Below, in pieces: positions 49,967 to 59,563 of a DNA stretch of 64,000 nt (its first letter is position 1; every line of letters starts with the position of its first letter). Under the pieces are notes generated by a model that saw only the letters and a program-made list of their open reading frames with translations, did not search any database and was not told the DNA's origin. This DNA comes from Clostridia bacterium (GTDB lineage: Bacteria > Bacillota > Clostridia > Christensenellales > CAG-917): NCBI GenBank assembly GCA_045613765.1, contig JAZLBO010000016.1, positions 40,265-104,264 on the forward strand, read 5' to 3'. The position numbers and the translations under genes were made by a program.

Positions 49967-51378
49967 TAGATTTTGACAAATTCGGTCTCAATGATATTCC
50001 CGAAACCAATGAAATTGAACAAGAAGATGACGGTATTCTTGAACAAACTTTTGATGACGTAGTTGAAGAAGTGCAAAGTTTCAAGGAAGAAAAGCCCGTT
50101 GTCCATCAAGAACCTGTTTCAAGAAAGACACCCGGCAAGGCAAATATCGTAGTCGTCGGTGTTGGCGGTGGTGGAAACAACGCAGTCAACAATATGGTGC
50201 GTGCAGGCATCAAGAGTGCAAGTTTTGTTGTTATGAACACAGACCTTCAAGCACTCAACATGTCACTTGTACCCCCTCAATGCAAAATTCAACTTGGCAA
50301 CTCACACACCGGTGGTCTTGGCGCAGGCTCAGATCCTGAAGTTGGCAGACTTGCAGCAGAAGAATCTCGTGAAACCATCAAAGCAGCACTCAAAGGTATT
50401 GACCTTTTGTTTATCACTGCAGGCATGGGTGGTGGCACAGGCACAGGCGCAGCACCTGTTATTGCAGAAATCGCAAAATCAATGGGTATTTTGACAGTTG
50501 CAGTTGTCACAAAACCCTTCAATTTTGAAGGCGCACTTCGTATGAAAAATGCAGAAATGGGCATTAGAAACCTTCAAAACTTTGTGGATACATTGCTTGT
50601 TATCCCCAACCAAAAACTTATTGAAGTTCTTGACAAAAACGTTTCATTTAAGCGTGCATTTGAAATCGCAGATGACGTTCTCCGTCAAGGTGTCCAAGGC
50701 GTCAGTGACGTTATCGCAAATCCCGAACTCATCAACCTTGACTTTGCAGACGTAAGAACAGTTCTTCGCAACAAAGGTCTTGCACACATGGGTATCGGCT
50801 ACGGCAAAGGCGAAAAGAGAGTTATCGAAGCAGTTCGTGGTGCAGTTTTCTCACCCTTGCTCGAAACAGATATCGAAGGCGCAACAGGTATTATCGTCAA
50901 CATCAGTGGTGGCGAAGATATGCTTCTTAGCGAAGTCACTGAAGCATGTGATATCGTCAAACAAGTTGTTGATCCCACTGCAAACATTATTCTCGGTACT
51001 GCATTTATCCCCGACAAGAAAGATATCGAAATCACAATTATCGCAACAGGCTTTATGGATAAAAACGCAGCACCTGCACGTAGCGTAGGCTCAACACCTA
51101 TAGTCAGTGGCAAACCTGTGGCAGCAGCACTCTCAACAGCAGAAGAAGTTGCAGCAACAGTTGAAGAAGAAGTTGCACCTGAAATCGTGCATGAAGAAGT
51201 TGTCATCCAACGTCCTGTCTTCACACGTCCCGAACCCGTCGTTGCACCTGCTCCTGCACCTGCACCCGTAAGCGAACCTGCACGTGAAGAAGAAATCCAA
51301 TCATCACGCATTGACTACACAAGAAGTGGCAGACAAGTTCCTGCTTTCCTTCGTAGAATAAGAGGCGACCGTCAATAA
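49963..51378 (+). CDS. ftsZ: Cell division protein FtsZ with acidic N-terminal extension
   Basis: GVGGGGNN, NTD, GMGGGTGTG, NLDFAD, C-terminal VPAFLRR. Confidence 0.97.
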   Translation: MIDFDKFGLNDIPETNEIEQEDDGILEQTFDDVVEEVQSFKEEKPVVHQEPVSRKTPGKANIVVVGVGGGGNNAVNNMVRAGIKSASFVVMNTDLQALNMSLVPPQCKIQLGNSHTGGLGAGSDPEVGRLAAEESRETIKAALKGIDLLFITAGMGGGTGTGAAPVIAEIAKSMGILTVAVVTKPFNFEGALRMKNAEMGIRNLQNFVDTLLVIPNQKLIEVLDKNVSFKRAFEIADDVLRQGVQGVSDVIANPELINLDFADVRTVLRNKGLAHMGIGYGKGEKRVIEAVRGAVFSPLLETDIEGATGIIVNISGGEDMLLSEVTEACDIVKQVVDPTANIILGTAFIPDKKDIEITIIATGFMDKNAAPARSVGSTPIVSGKPVAAALSTAEEVAATVEEEVAPEIVHEEVVIQRPVFTRPEPVVAPAPAPAPVSEPAREEEIQSSRIDYTRSGRQVPAFLRRIRGDRQ

Positions 51379-51399
51379 TCTAATCCTGTAAATACACAA

Positions 51400-51428
51400 A
51401 GGAAGTCCAATAGGGCTTCCTTTTTTTA
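51400..51428 (+). terminator. Intrinsic terminator
   Basis: AGGAAGTCC-AATA-GGGCTTCCT + T tract. Confidence 0.8.
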
Positions 51429-51626
51429 TAAAAAATATGGTTAGAATACCGAAATATTTGTTTTTACAATAAAGTTTCAACGAAATTCTATTTTATATGA
51501 AAGATGATTATTCTGTGAAAGATTTATATTAATTTGCTTTTGTTTTAGTCAAATTGCAATGAAGTTTTGTGCCGAAGATGACACCAACGGAAAGATTTTT
51601 TGATCTATTTCAAGTATGATCAACTC

Positions 51627-52385
51627 GTGACGGTGTATGTTGAAGTTGTAATATTCAATAATTTGTGCATTGACTTTTTGTTGGGCTTGACAACTTGTCT
51701 ATGTCGCAGGCGAAAAGTAAAAAAGTTGCAACAAATTTTGTCGGCAATGTTGGGGTCGATTGTTGCAGTGTGTTATCTATTGATGCCGACTGTTTGGCAG
51801 ATTATCACAAAAATCCTTCTTGCATTTGTTCTTGTTGGAATTTTGGACAAATATATGTCTTTCAAGGATTATATGACGTCGGTTGCCATCTACGTGTTGC
51901 TTACATACGCCCTTGGTGGCATAGTTTACGGCATAAGTTATTTAATTGGCGTTGACATCAAAGGCTATGCTGTTTTAGGCGTTCTAACAATGTCGATTGC
52001 AATACTTGAACTGGTTGTTTGGTTTGTTGTATTCAAAAAAGCCGATCAATCAAAGGAGTATTTTGATGTATCTGTCAAGTATAAAGGCAAAATATATTGG
52101 CTCAAAGGCTTTTATGACACAGGCAATACTTTGACAGATACTTTGACAGGAAAACCCATTGTATTATTGTCAAAATCTGTTGTTGACAGTTTCAAGGCGC
52201 AACAACAAATCATATATGACGGATTTGTTGAAATCAAAACTGTCAACGGAGAAAGCACCGTGCCAATTGTTGAACTTGATGAAATCAAGTGTGGAAAATC
52301 TACTTATCACGGGTTTGGAGCAATCACTGACCAAAATATAAAAGATTGTGACTTGATATTGCAAAACACGTTGAAGTATAAATGA
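51627..52385 (+). CDS. spoIIGA: Pro-sigmaE processing peptidase
   Basis: VYVEVV..N, multiple TMs, DTGN.L.D..TGKP; upstream of sigE. Confidence 0.88.
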   Translation: MTVYVEVVIFNNLCIDFLLGLTTCLCRRRKVKKLQQILSAMLGSIVAVCYLLMPTVWQIITKILLAFVLVGILDKYMSFKDYMTSVAIYVLLTYALGGIVYGISYLIGVDIKGYAVLGVLTMSIAILELVVWFVVFKKADQSKEYFDVSVKYKGKIYWLKGFYDTGNTLTDTLTGKPIVLLSKSVVDSFKAQQQIIYDGFVEIKTVNGESTVPIVELDEIKCGKSTYHGFGAITDQNIKDCDLILQNTLKYK

Positions 52386-52404
52386 TTTGGAAAGGGTAAT
52401 GATT

Positions 52405-53112
52405 ATGTTGAAAGATTTGATCAAAAAAATACTGAAATTATTTGGAATTGGTGCATCTAATACAGTGGATTACATATCTTTAGGGGAAAGTTTGCCCACA
52501 CCATTGACCCCTGAAGAAGAACAAGAAGTGGTTTCGAAGATGTTGGCAGGTGATGAAAATGCAAGACTAACACTCATTGAAAGGAATTTGCGTCTTGTTG
52601 TGTATATTGCCAAGAAGTTTGACAATACAAGGGTTGAACTTGATGACTTGGTGTCAATCGGCACGATAGGGCTTATAAAGTCAATATCAGGCTTTGATCC
52701 AACCAAGAATATAAAACTTGCCACTTTTGCATCTCGCTGCATTGAAAATGAAATTTTGATGCATTTAAGAAAGACAAGTAGGATGAAGGTTGAAGTTTCG
52801 CTTTACGAGCCATTGAACGTTGACTTTGAAGGTAACGTGTTGATGCTCAGTGATGTTCTTGGCAGTGACCCTGATGAGATTTATCACGGCATTGAAGAAC
52901 AAGACGAAAAGGATATGTTGCTTGAAACGTTTTCTAAACTTGGAAAACGTGATAGAGAAATAGTTGAAAAGCGTTTTGGACTTGGTGGACAAGAAGAAAT
53001 GACACAGAAGGAAATTGCCGATATGATGGGGATTTCGCAGTCATATATATCTCGTCTTGAAAAGAAGATTTTGACACAACTTAAGAAGGAAATTTTGAAA
53101 TTAGGCACATAA
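52405..53112 (+). CDS. sigE: RNA polymerase sporulation sigma factor SigE
   Basis: Pro-sequence, LIERNLRLVVYIAKKF, KLATFASRCIENEILM, TQKEIAD.MGISQSYISRLEK. Confidence 0.96.
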   Translation: MLKDLIKKILKLFGIGASNTVDYISLGESLPTPLTPEEEQEVVSKMLAGDENARLTLIERNLRLVVYIAKKFDNTRVELDDLVSIGTIGLIKSISGFDPTKNIKLATFASRCIENEILMHLRKTSRMKVEVSLYEPLNVDFEGNVLMLSDVLGSDPDEIYHGIEEQDEKDMLLETFSKLGKRDREIVEKRFGLGGQEEMTQKEIADMMGISQSYISRLEKKILTQLKKEILKLGT

Positions 53113-53188
53113 CTATTCTAAAAATGCTCAAAATATAGAATAATATCACTCTTTACATAGCAAATTTTGCTGTGTAAGGAGTTTTTTT

Positions 53189-53965
53189 ATGAATCGTGTA
53201 TGTATCACAGGAATTGACACGTCAACTCTGCCAAAGTTGACAATCAAAGAATCAAATGAACTTCTCAAAAGAATTTCAGTGGGGGATAGCGAGGCACGAG
53301 AACTTTTTGTGAGAGCCAATATGCGCCTTGTTTTGTCAATCATTGGACGGTTTCCAAGAGCCCAAGAAAATGCAGATGATATGTTTCAAGTGGGCATGGT
53401 TGGGCTTATCAAAGCACTCAACAATTTTGATTGTAATCTCGGTGTATGCTTTTCAACCTATGCAGTGCCTATGATTATTGGCGAGATCAAGCGTTGTTTG
53501 AGAGATAGAAGTGGCATCAAAGTTTCAAGAAGTATGCGAGATACTGCCTATAAGGCATTGAAAGCAAGAGAAATGCTTGAAGAAAATAATCGCCAGCCTG
53601 AACTTGTTGAAATTGCAGAAGAAATAGGTGTTTCATTGAAGGAAGTTGCTTGTGCGCTTGATGCCGTCAGTGACACTATGTCATTTTATGACCCTGTTTT
53701 TGGTGATGACGATGGAGAAGGAATGTTGCTTCTTGACCAACTTGCAGACCAAAAAGAGAATAGTGAAAGATGGACGGAACACATTGCTTTGTCAGAAGCA
53801 CTTAAATTAGTGCCAGAAAGAGAAATGAGTGTTGTTCGTATGCGATATTTTGAAGGAAAAACCCAAGTTGAAATAAGTCAAATTACAGGAATAAGCCAAG
53901 CACAAGTAAGCAGACTTGAAAAGTCTGCCATAAGCAAGTTGAAAAAGTGTTTGTCAAACGATTGA
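53189..53965 (+). CDS. sigG: RNA polymerase sporulation sigma factor SigG
   Basis: V.I.G.DTS.LP, NMRLVLS, FSTYAVPMIIGEI, GISQAQVSRLEK; follows sigE. Confidence 0.94.
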   Translation: MNRVCITGIDTSTLPKLTIKESNELLKRISVGDSEARELFVRANMRLVLSIIGRFPRAQENADDMFQVGMVGLIKALNNFDCNLGVCFSTYAVPMIIGEIKRCLRDRSGIKVSRSMRDTAYKALKAREMLEENNRQPELVEIAEEIGVSLKEVACALDAVSDTMSFYDPVFGDDDGEGMLLLDQLADQKENSERWTEHIALSEALKLVPEREMSVVRMRYFEGKTQVEISQITGISQAQVSRLEKSAISKLKKCLSND

Positions 53966-54250
53966 TCAGTTGTCTATATTGTCTTCAACTGAACAAACAC
54001 CGGTGCAACCGATAAGTTCAACCAAAATAACGTCGCTGCCGATCTTTATTATGTTGTTCCACGGGATAAAGATGTTGTCATTGTTGGTAAAAGACTTAAA
54101 GAAATTCTTTTTCCCGGGGACGACAAGCCCCATAATACGCCCTGATGCAGTGAAAACCATGTCACAGACGTGACCAAGTTCTTTGCCGTCTGCCATATTG
54201 ATTACACGGCGTGACGCTATTTCTTGAAAAGAGTATTGCTTGTTGTTCAT
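53966..54250 (-). CDS. YlmC/YmxH family PRC-barrel sporulation protein
   Basis: VINMADG..LG.V.D, IPWNNI.KIGSDVILV. Confidence 0.88.
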   Translation of the reverse strand: MNNKQYSFQEIASRRVINMADGKELGHVCDMVFTASGRIMGLVVPGKKNFFKSFTNNDNIFIPWNNIIKIGSDVILVELIGCTGVCSVEDNIDN

Positions 54251-54370
54251 ACCAAAACTTATGAATATGACTGTCGGCAATATACTAAATATTGTTTTTT
54301 TTCGATAAATCTTTACAAACTGCCCAATATGTTGTATAATCGTAGAGAATAATATACAAGGTGATGCAGT

Positions 54371-54859
54371 ATGAAATGTATTTATTGTGGATGTTTGGAC
54401 AGTAAAGTTGTTGACAGCAGACAAAATGAAGACGGCACTTCAATCCGTCGTCGCAGAGAGTGTATTGGTTGTGGAAAAAGATTTACAACTTATGAAACAA
54501 TCGAAAATACACCCGTTTTGGTTGTAAAAAAAGACGGTAGCCGTCAAATTTTTGACATCAACAAGGTCAAGTTGGGCATTATGAAGGCTTGCGAAAAGCG
54601 TCCCATCTCAATGACTGCAATCGACAGACTTCTCACAGATATTCAACGTAAAATTCTCAACAGTCTTGAACAAGAAATTCCTTCAACCCAAATTGGCGAG
54701 TTGGTTATGGAAGGGCTCAAGGACGTTGATGACGTTGCATACGTAAGATACGCATCTGTCCACCGTCAATTTAAGGACATCAATACATTGCTCAACGAGA
54801 TTGAAGAACTTGTCAAACTCAAGGATTCACTTGCATCATACGAGCAAAAGAAAAAGTAA
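54371..54859 (+). CDS. nrdR: Transcriptional repressor NrdR
   Basis: MKC.YC, VVDSR, IRRRREC..C.KRFTTYE, ATP cone, VAYVRYASV. Confidence 0.96.
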   Translation: MKCIYCGCLDSKVVDSRQNEDGTSIRRRRECIGCGKRFTTYETIENTPVLVVKKDGSRQIFDINKVKLGIMKACEKRPISMTAIDRLLTDIQRKILNSLEQEIPSTQIGELVMEGLKDVDDVAYVRYASVHRQFKDINTLLNEIEELVKLKDSLASYEQKKK

Positions 54860-55005
54860 CCTAAAACCCGACTTTGTCGGGTTTATTTTTTTGCTTATTT
54901 TGATATAGTATTTTTTTGAGAAATTTTCATCACAATTTTGCTGTGTAGAAATTGAAAAATATATTGGTTTTTTGGCAAAATTTGTCAAAGGTTGCCACCC
55001 TAAAA

Positions 55006-55013
55006 CATATAGT
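55006..55013 (+). promoter_or_regulatory. SigE/SigK-type -10 element for sigK
   Basis: CATATAGT about 20 nt upstream of start. Confidence 0.45.
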
Positions 55014-55032
55014 GTACAACATTGGGGGTTAT

Positions 55033-55728
55033 ATGGCGATCGAGGCTTTGATTTCACTGCTGAAAAATCTATTTATTTTTTCTTCCTACGTCATGGAAAA
55101 AAGTTCTTTTCCTATGCCTCTCACAAAGGAGAAGGAAAAGTATTATCTTGACAAGGCAGAAAATGGAGATGAAAATGCAAAAGAGATACTTATAAAGCAT
55201 AATCTGCGATTGGTTGCTCACGTTGCCAAGAAGTATGCGAATTATGGCGACAATGATGAACTAATTTCGGTTGGATCTATTGGGCTTATCAAAGCAGTGT
55301 CCACATATCGGCAAAATAAGGGCACCGGGCTTGCCACTTATGCATCAAGATGCATAGAGAATGAGATATTGATGACTTTACGTGCAACAAAAAAGCACAA
55401 AAACAACGTGTCATTATACGAGCCTATTGGCGTTGATAAGGACGGAAACGAGTTGACGGTCATAGATATGATTGCCGACGACAAAGACGTGATAGAGGAC
55501 GTTGAGCGTGGTATTTTGATGGATCGACTTAAAGAAATCACAAAACAATGTCTTGATGAGCGAGAATACGACATTATTAAGCATAGATATGGGCTTGAAG
55601 GCAATGGCGCATTGACTCAGCGAGAAGTTGCCACTATGTTTGGGATTTCAAGGAGTTATATCAGTCGCATTGAAAAGAAAGCACTTGAAAAGATACGAGA
55701 GCACGTGTCAAGGGAGGAACTCTATTGA
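55033..55728 (+). CDS. sigK: RNA polymerase sporulation sigma factor SigK (uninterrupted, no skin element)
   Basis: Hydrophobic pro-peptide, SFP.PL, HNLRLVAHVAKKY, PIG.DKDGNE, TQREVA..FGISRSYISRIEK. Confidence 0.95.
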   Translation: MAIEALISLLKNLFIFSSYVMEKSSFPMPLTKEKEKYYLDKAENGDENAKEILIKHNLRLVAHVAKKYANYGDNDELISVGSIGLIKAVSTYRQNKGTGLATYASRCIENEILMTLRATKKHKNNVSLYEPIGVDKDGNELTVIDMIADDKDVIEDVERGILMDRLKEITKQCLDEREYDIIKHRYGLEGNGALTQREVATMFGISRSYISRIEKKALEKIREHVSREELY

Positions 55729-55836
55729 TATTTAGTTCTTGTAAATTTTGATTTCATCAAAAATGTCAGAATATCTTGACAAAATCGACTTTCCGTGATA
55801 CTTTCACATAGGTCATAAAACACTTGAGAGGTAATT

Positions 55837-57234
55837 ATGAAAAACAAATATGACGTTTGTATAGTCGGCGCAGGCCCTTCAGGAATTTTTACGGCAATCG
55901 AACTTGTCCGTCTTGGCAGTACAAAAAAGATTGTTATTCTTGAAAAAGGTCAGCCTGTAGAAAAGAGAAGATGTCCCAAGGATAAGACAGGCGCATGCGT
56001 TCAATGCAAGCCTTACTGTCATATTACAACCGGCTTTTCTGGAGCAGGTGCATTTTCTGACGGGAAATTGTCATTGTCACAAGAAGTAGGTGGCGCATTG
56101 CCCGATCTTATTGGCAAGGATTTTGCCCAAGAACTCATTGACTATACCGACAAGATTTATCTTGAATTTGGCGCAGATGAGCATATCGAAGGCATTGGCA
56201 ACGAAGACAAGGTAAAAGAAATCCGTAAAAAAGCCATCAAAGCAGGCTTGAAACTTGTTGATTGTCCCATCCGTCACATGGGCACAGAAAAGGCACAACA
56301 AATCTATTACGGACTTGAACAATACCTTCTCAACAATGGCGTGGAAATGTATTTTGGCGCAGAGTGTGACAATATTATCCTTGAAGATGACGTATGCCGT
56401 GGCGTATACGTGACCATTGATGGCGAAAGACAAGCAGTCTATGCCGACAAAACTATCATTGCAACAGGCAGACGTGGTGCAGAGTGGCTTGAAAAGATGT
56501 GTGCAGAGCACAATATCGCCCACGCTCCCGGTGTTGTTGACATTGGTGTTAGAGTTGAAGTGCGCAATGAAATTATGGAAGAAGTCAATGAAGTGCTTTA
56601 TGAAAGTAAACTCATAGGCTATCCTGCACCCTTCAAAAATAAAGTCCGTATTTTCTGCCAAAATCCCGGTGGATTTGTTTCTCAAGAAAACTATGACAAT
56701 GCACTTGCAGTCGTCAACGGACACAGTTATAAAGAACTCAAGAGTCAAAATACCAACCTTGCAATACTTTGCTCACACTCATTTACAGAGCCTTTCAAGC
56801 AACCTATTGAATATGCAATCAAGATTGGCGAATTGACAAATATGCTTGGCGCAGGCAAGATTCTTGTTCAAAGATATGGCGATATTTTGGCAGGCAAACG
56901 CACATGGCCTAAAGAACTTGACTTTTCAAACGTCAAGCCCACGTTGAAAGATGCTGTTGCAGGGGATATCACTGCAGCAATGCCGTATAGAAGCCTTACA
57001 AACATCCTTGGATTTATCCAAGCAGTTGACCAAGTTGTTCCCGGATTTGCAGGATATGAAACTCTCTTGTATTCGCCTGAATTAAAGTTCTATTCCAATA
57101 GAATTAAGATGGATAGTTTATTAAATACTTCAATTGCAGGTCTTCATTGCCTTGGCGATTCAAGTGGTTGGACAAGAGGTCTTATGATGGCATCAATCAT
57201 GGGTGTCCTTATGGCAAGACAACTTGAAAAATAA
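55837..57234 (+). CDS. NAD(P)/FAD-dependent oxidoreductase
   Basis: GAGPSG, GAGAFSDGKL, FCQNPGG, VNGHS, GDSSGWTRGL. Confidence 0.9.
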   Translation: MKNKYDVCIVGAGPSGIFTAIELVRLGSTKKIVILEKGQPVEKRRCPKDKTGACVQCKPYCHITTGFSGAGAFSDGKLSLSQEVGGALPDLIGKDFAQELIDYTDKIYLEFGADEHIEGIGNEDKVKEIRKKAIKAGLKLVDCPIRHMGTEKAQQIYYGLEQYLLNNGVEMYFGAECDNIILEDDVCRGVYVTIDGERQAVYADKTIIATGRRGAEWLEKMCAEHNIAHAPGVVDIGVRVEVRNEIMEEVNEVLYESKLIGYPAPFKNKVRIFCQNPGGFVSQENYDNALAVVNGHSYKELKSQNTNLAILCSHSFTEPFKQPIEYAIKIGELTNMLGAGKILVQRYGDILAGKRTWPKELDFSNVKPTLKDAVAGDITAAMPYRSLTNILGFIQAVDQVVPGFAGYETLLYSPELKFYSNRIKMDSLLNTSIAGLHCLGDSSGWTRGLMMASIMGVLMARQLEK

Positions 57235-57365
57235 ATTTGAATTTGCAAATAAACGCCCCACATAGTGTGGGGCTTTTTTTATGATTGATTTGGGTTTTTA
57301 TTGACAAAAAGCACTTTCCAAAAATTATCTAAATAATATGTCCACAATAATTCCATACTAATGCT

Positions 57366-58418
57366 ATGAGAAAAAATAAATTGGCTATATTTTCCGTGAT
57401 CTTGTTTTGCCTTGTTGTAGGCGCAACTTTTTGTTGTGGCGAAAATATGGTGGCAGATGCACAGGGGAGTTATGTATATTTGGGTGGTTATCCCATAGGG
57501 ATAAGTGCAACTGCAAATGGACTTATTGTGGTAGAAGTGACAGACGTTCAAACTGAAAATGGCGTGGTAAAACCACTTGAAAATAAGGGCGTAGTAAAAG
57601 GGGATATCCTACAAGATATCAACGGTGTGCCCCTTTCAAACATTTACCTTTTGAAGAAGGTTTTAGACAATAGTGATGGGGAAGTGACTTTGACTGTTCG
57701 CCACAAAAATGGTGTACTTGAAAAAGTGACAACCACCCCTGCTGTTTGTAAGACAAACGAGAAAAAACTTGGTGTAATCTTGAAAGAAGATGTCAGTGGA
57801 ATAGGCACGGTGACCTTTGTCACTCTTGACAAGAGATTTGGCGCACTTGGGCACTATATCCTTGATAGTGAAAGTGGATTGTGTCAACAACTCAACACGG
57901 GCAAAATCTTCAATACAAGCATAAATAACGTTGTCCGTGGGCAAAATGGCAAAGCAGGTGGGCTTGTTGCATCATTGAACAAAACATCTGCGCCAATAGG
58001 GGAAATAGAAAGGAATACGAATATTGGCATATATGGTAGGTACAATGTCACACCCTACGGGCAACTGATTGAAGTTGCACAAAAGGGGTGTGCAACCATT
58101 GGAAAAGCACAAATTTATACAACGGTAGATGGAAATAAGCCACAATTTTACGATATAGAAATAGTGAAAGTGGTCGAGCAATCGACACCCAAAGAAAAAG
58201 GGCTTGTGATACACGTTTGTGATGAAAAACTTATTGAAAAAACAGGTGGAATTGTGCAAGGTATGAGTGGTAGCCCGATAATTCAAAATGGAAAACTTGT
58301 TGGTGCAGTCACCCACGTCTTCATTGATGATGCAACTCGTGGATATGGTGTGCACGCTCGATTTATGTATCAAATGGCAACAGAAAACATAGGGTTTCAA
58401 CAACAAAAAGTCGCATAG
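57366..58418 (+). CDS. spoIVB: SpoIVB peptidase (S55)
   Basis: GG.PIGI, PDZ GDI, GIGTVTF, GALGH, TGGIVQGMSGSPIIQ.GKLVGAVTHV. Confidence 0.93.
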   Translation: MRKNKLAIFSVILFCLVVGATFCCGENMVADAQGSYVYLGGYPIGISATANGLIVVEVTDVQTENGVVKPLENKGVVKGDILQDINGVPLSNIYLLKKVLDNSDGEVTLTVRHKNGVLEKVTTTPAVCKTNEKKLGVILKEDVSGIGTVTFVTLDKRFGALGHYILDSESGLCQQLNTGKIFNTSINNVVRGQNGKAGGLVASLNKTSAPIGEIERNTNIGIYGRYNVTPYGQLIEVAQKGCATIGKAQIYTTVDGNKPQFYDIEIVKVVEQSTPKEKGLVIHVCDEKLIEKTGGIVQGMSGSPIIQNGKLVGAVTHVFIDDATRGYGVHARFMYQMATENIGFQQQKVA

Positions 58419-58511
58419 TTTTCATGAATATTTTATAAGTAAAAGGACGCAGAAAATCTGCGCCTTTTACTTTTTTTGGCTTGGAAATTTATTAAAATCG
58501 ATATTCTAAAC

Positions 58512-58856
58512 CTATGTTTTCATTGCAAGGCGTTCAAGGGCTGTCAACAAAAACTGCTTGTTAGTGGGCTTGCCTTTGTCTTCGTCAAGGGTTTCGCCAA
58601 ACTCTCTATACAGTATGTCAACATTGCCACGCAGCCAAGCAGATGATATGGCATTTTGAATATCCTTTTCAATGCTTGCAGTGCTGACACCAAACTTTTT
58701 TGACAGCTCAACATAGCCAAAATATTTCAGTGGCATCACTTTTGTGCCGTTTTGAGCATACTCAATTAGAGATGCCAACAAATGATAACCTTTTAGGTTG
58801 GGTTGAAAGCCCATCTCAAGCAAATATTTTTTGATTTTCACTTCGTCTTTTTCCAT
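58512..58856 (-). CDS. Stand-alone Spo0A C-terminal DNA-binding domain protein
   Basis: L.EMG...NLKGY.LL, AW.RGN, FG.T....KGKPTN.QF; no receiver domain. Confidence 0.85.
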   Translation of the reverse strand: MEKDEVKIKKYLLEMGFQPNLKGYHLLASLIEYAQNGTKVMPLKYFGYVELSKKFGVSTASIEKDIQNAISSAWLRGNVDILYREFGETLDEDKGKPTNKQFLLTALERLAMKT

Positions 58857-58966
58857 GTGTTGATAATATCATTTTTCAAAGTGTAGAAAAGTAGAATTTT
58901 TGTCATAACTGATAGGAAAAACAAGTATTATTTGGTATGCGAGCAGTGAAAAGCAGATGGGTGTAT

Positions 58967-59521
58967 ATGATAAAAGACTTCTTGAATTTGCACAAGAAGT
59001 CCGTTTTGTGCTTTTCATTGCTATTTTTCATTGGAATTATTGTTGGAATTGTGTCTGCCGTAAATGCAGTCGGTGGCGAGTTTGAAAAAATATTGCAGAA
59101 AGATATGACCTTTGGAGCAGTCAAGGTATTCTTTTACTCTGCATTGTTTTTGTTGGTTGGATATTTTGTTGTGGCAGTGGCATCTTGTGTCAAAGGCACG
59201 TCATTTCTTGCAGTTTTGCCATTTATAGTCCTTGGATTTATGTTTGGCAAATACATTTGTATTCTTGTGGCAGTGTATGGTGGCACGGGGATTATGAATT
59301 TGATTTTTGTATATTTGCCATTTTACTTGTTGACGTTTTGTCTATTGCTTGTGGGTGGATCTGTTGCACTGCGACAGTGCAATATGTGTGCGAGCAGTGA
59401 TGCACTTTTGCGCCCGTCAATATCCACACTTTTGAAGGTTTTTGCCATAAATATACTTGCAAATTTCATTATATTTTTGCTCATTGGCAGTTTGACAAAA
59501 GTCATTGTTGTTGTGGTTTGA
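58967..59521 (+). CDS. spoIIM: Stage II sporulation protein M-like membrane protein
   Basis: F.IGII.G, several TMs, GFMFG, LP; position upstream of dacF. Confidence 0.6.
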   Translation: MIKDFLNLHKKSVLCFSLLFFIGIIVGIVSAVNAVGGEFEKILQKDMTFGAVKVFFYSALFLLVGYFVVAVASCVKGTSFLAVLPFIVLGFMFGKYICILVAVYGGTGIMNLIFVYLPFYLLTFCLLLVGGSVALRQCNMCASSDALLRPSISTLLKVFAINILANFIIFLLIGSLTKVIVVVV

Positions 59522-59563
59522 ATAATAAATTTCTCCTTGCACAAAATACACGAGAGGTGCAAT

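Noticed and set aside
55033..55728. skin-type element in sigK
   Set aside because: sigK is one continuous ORF with no recombinase.
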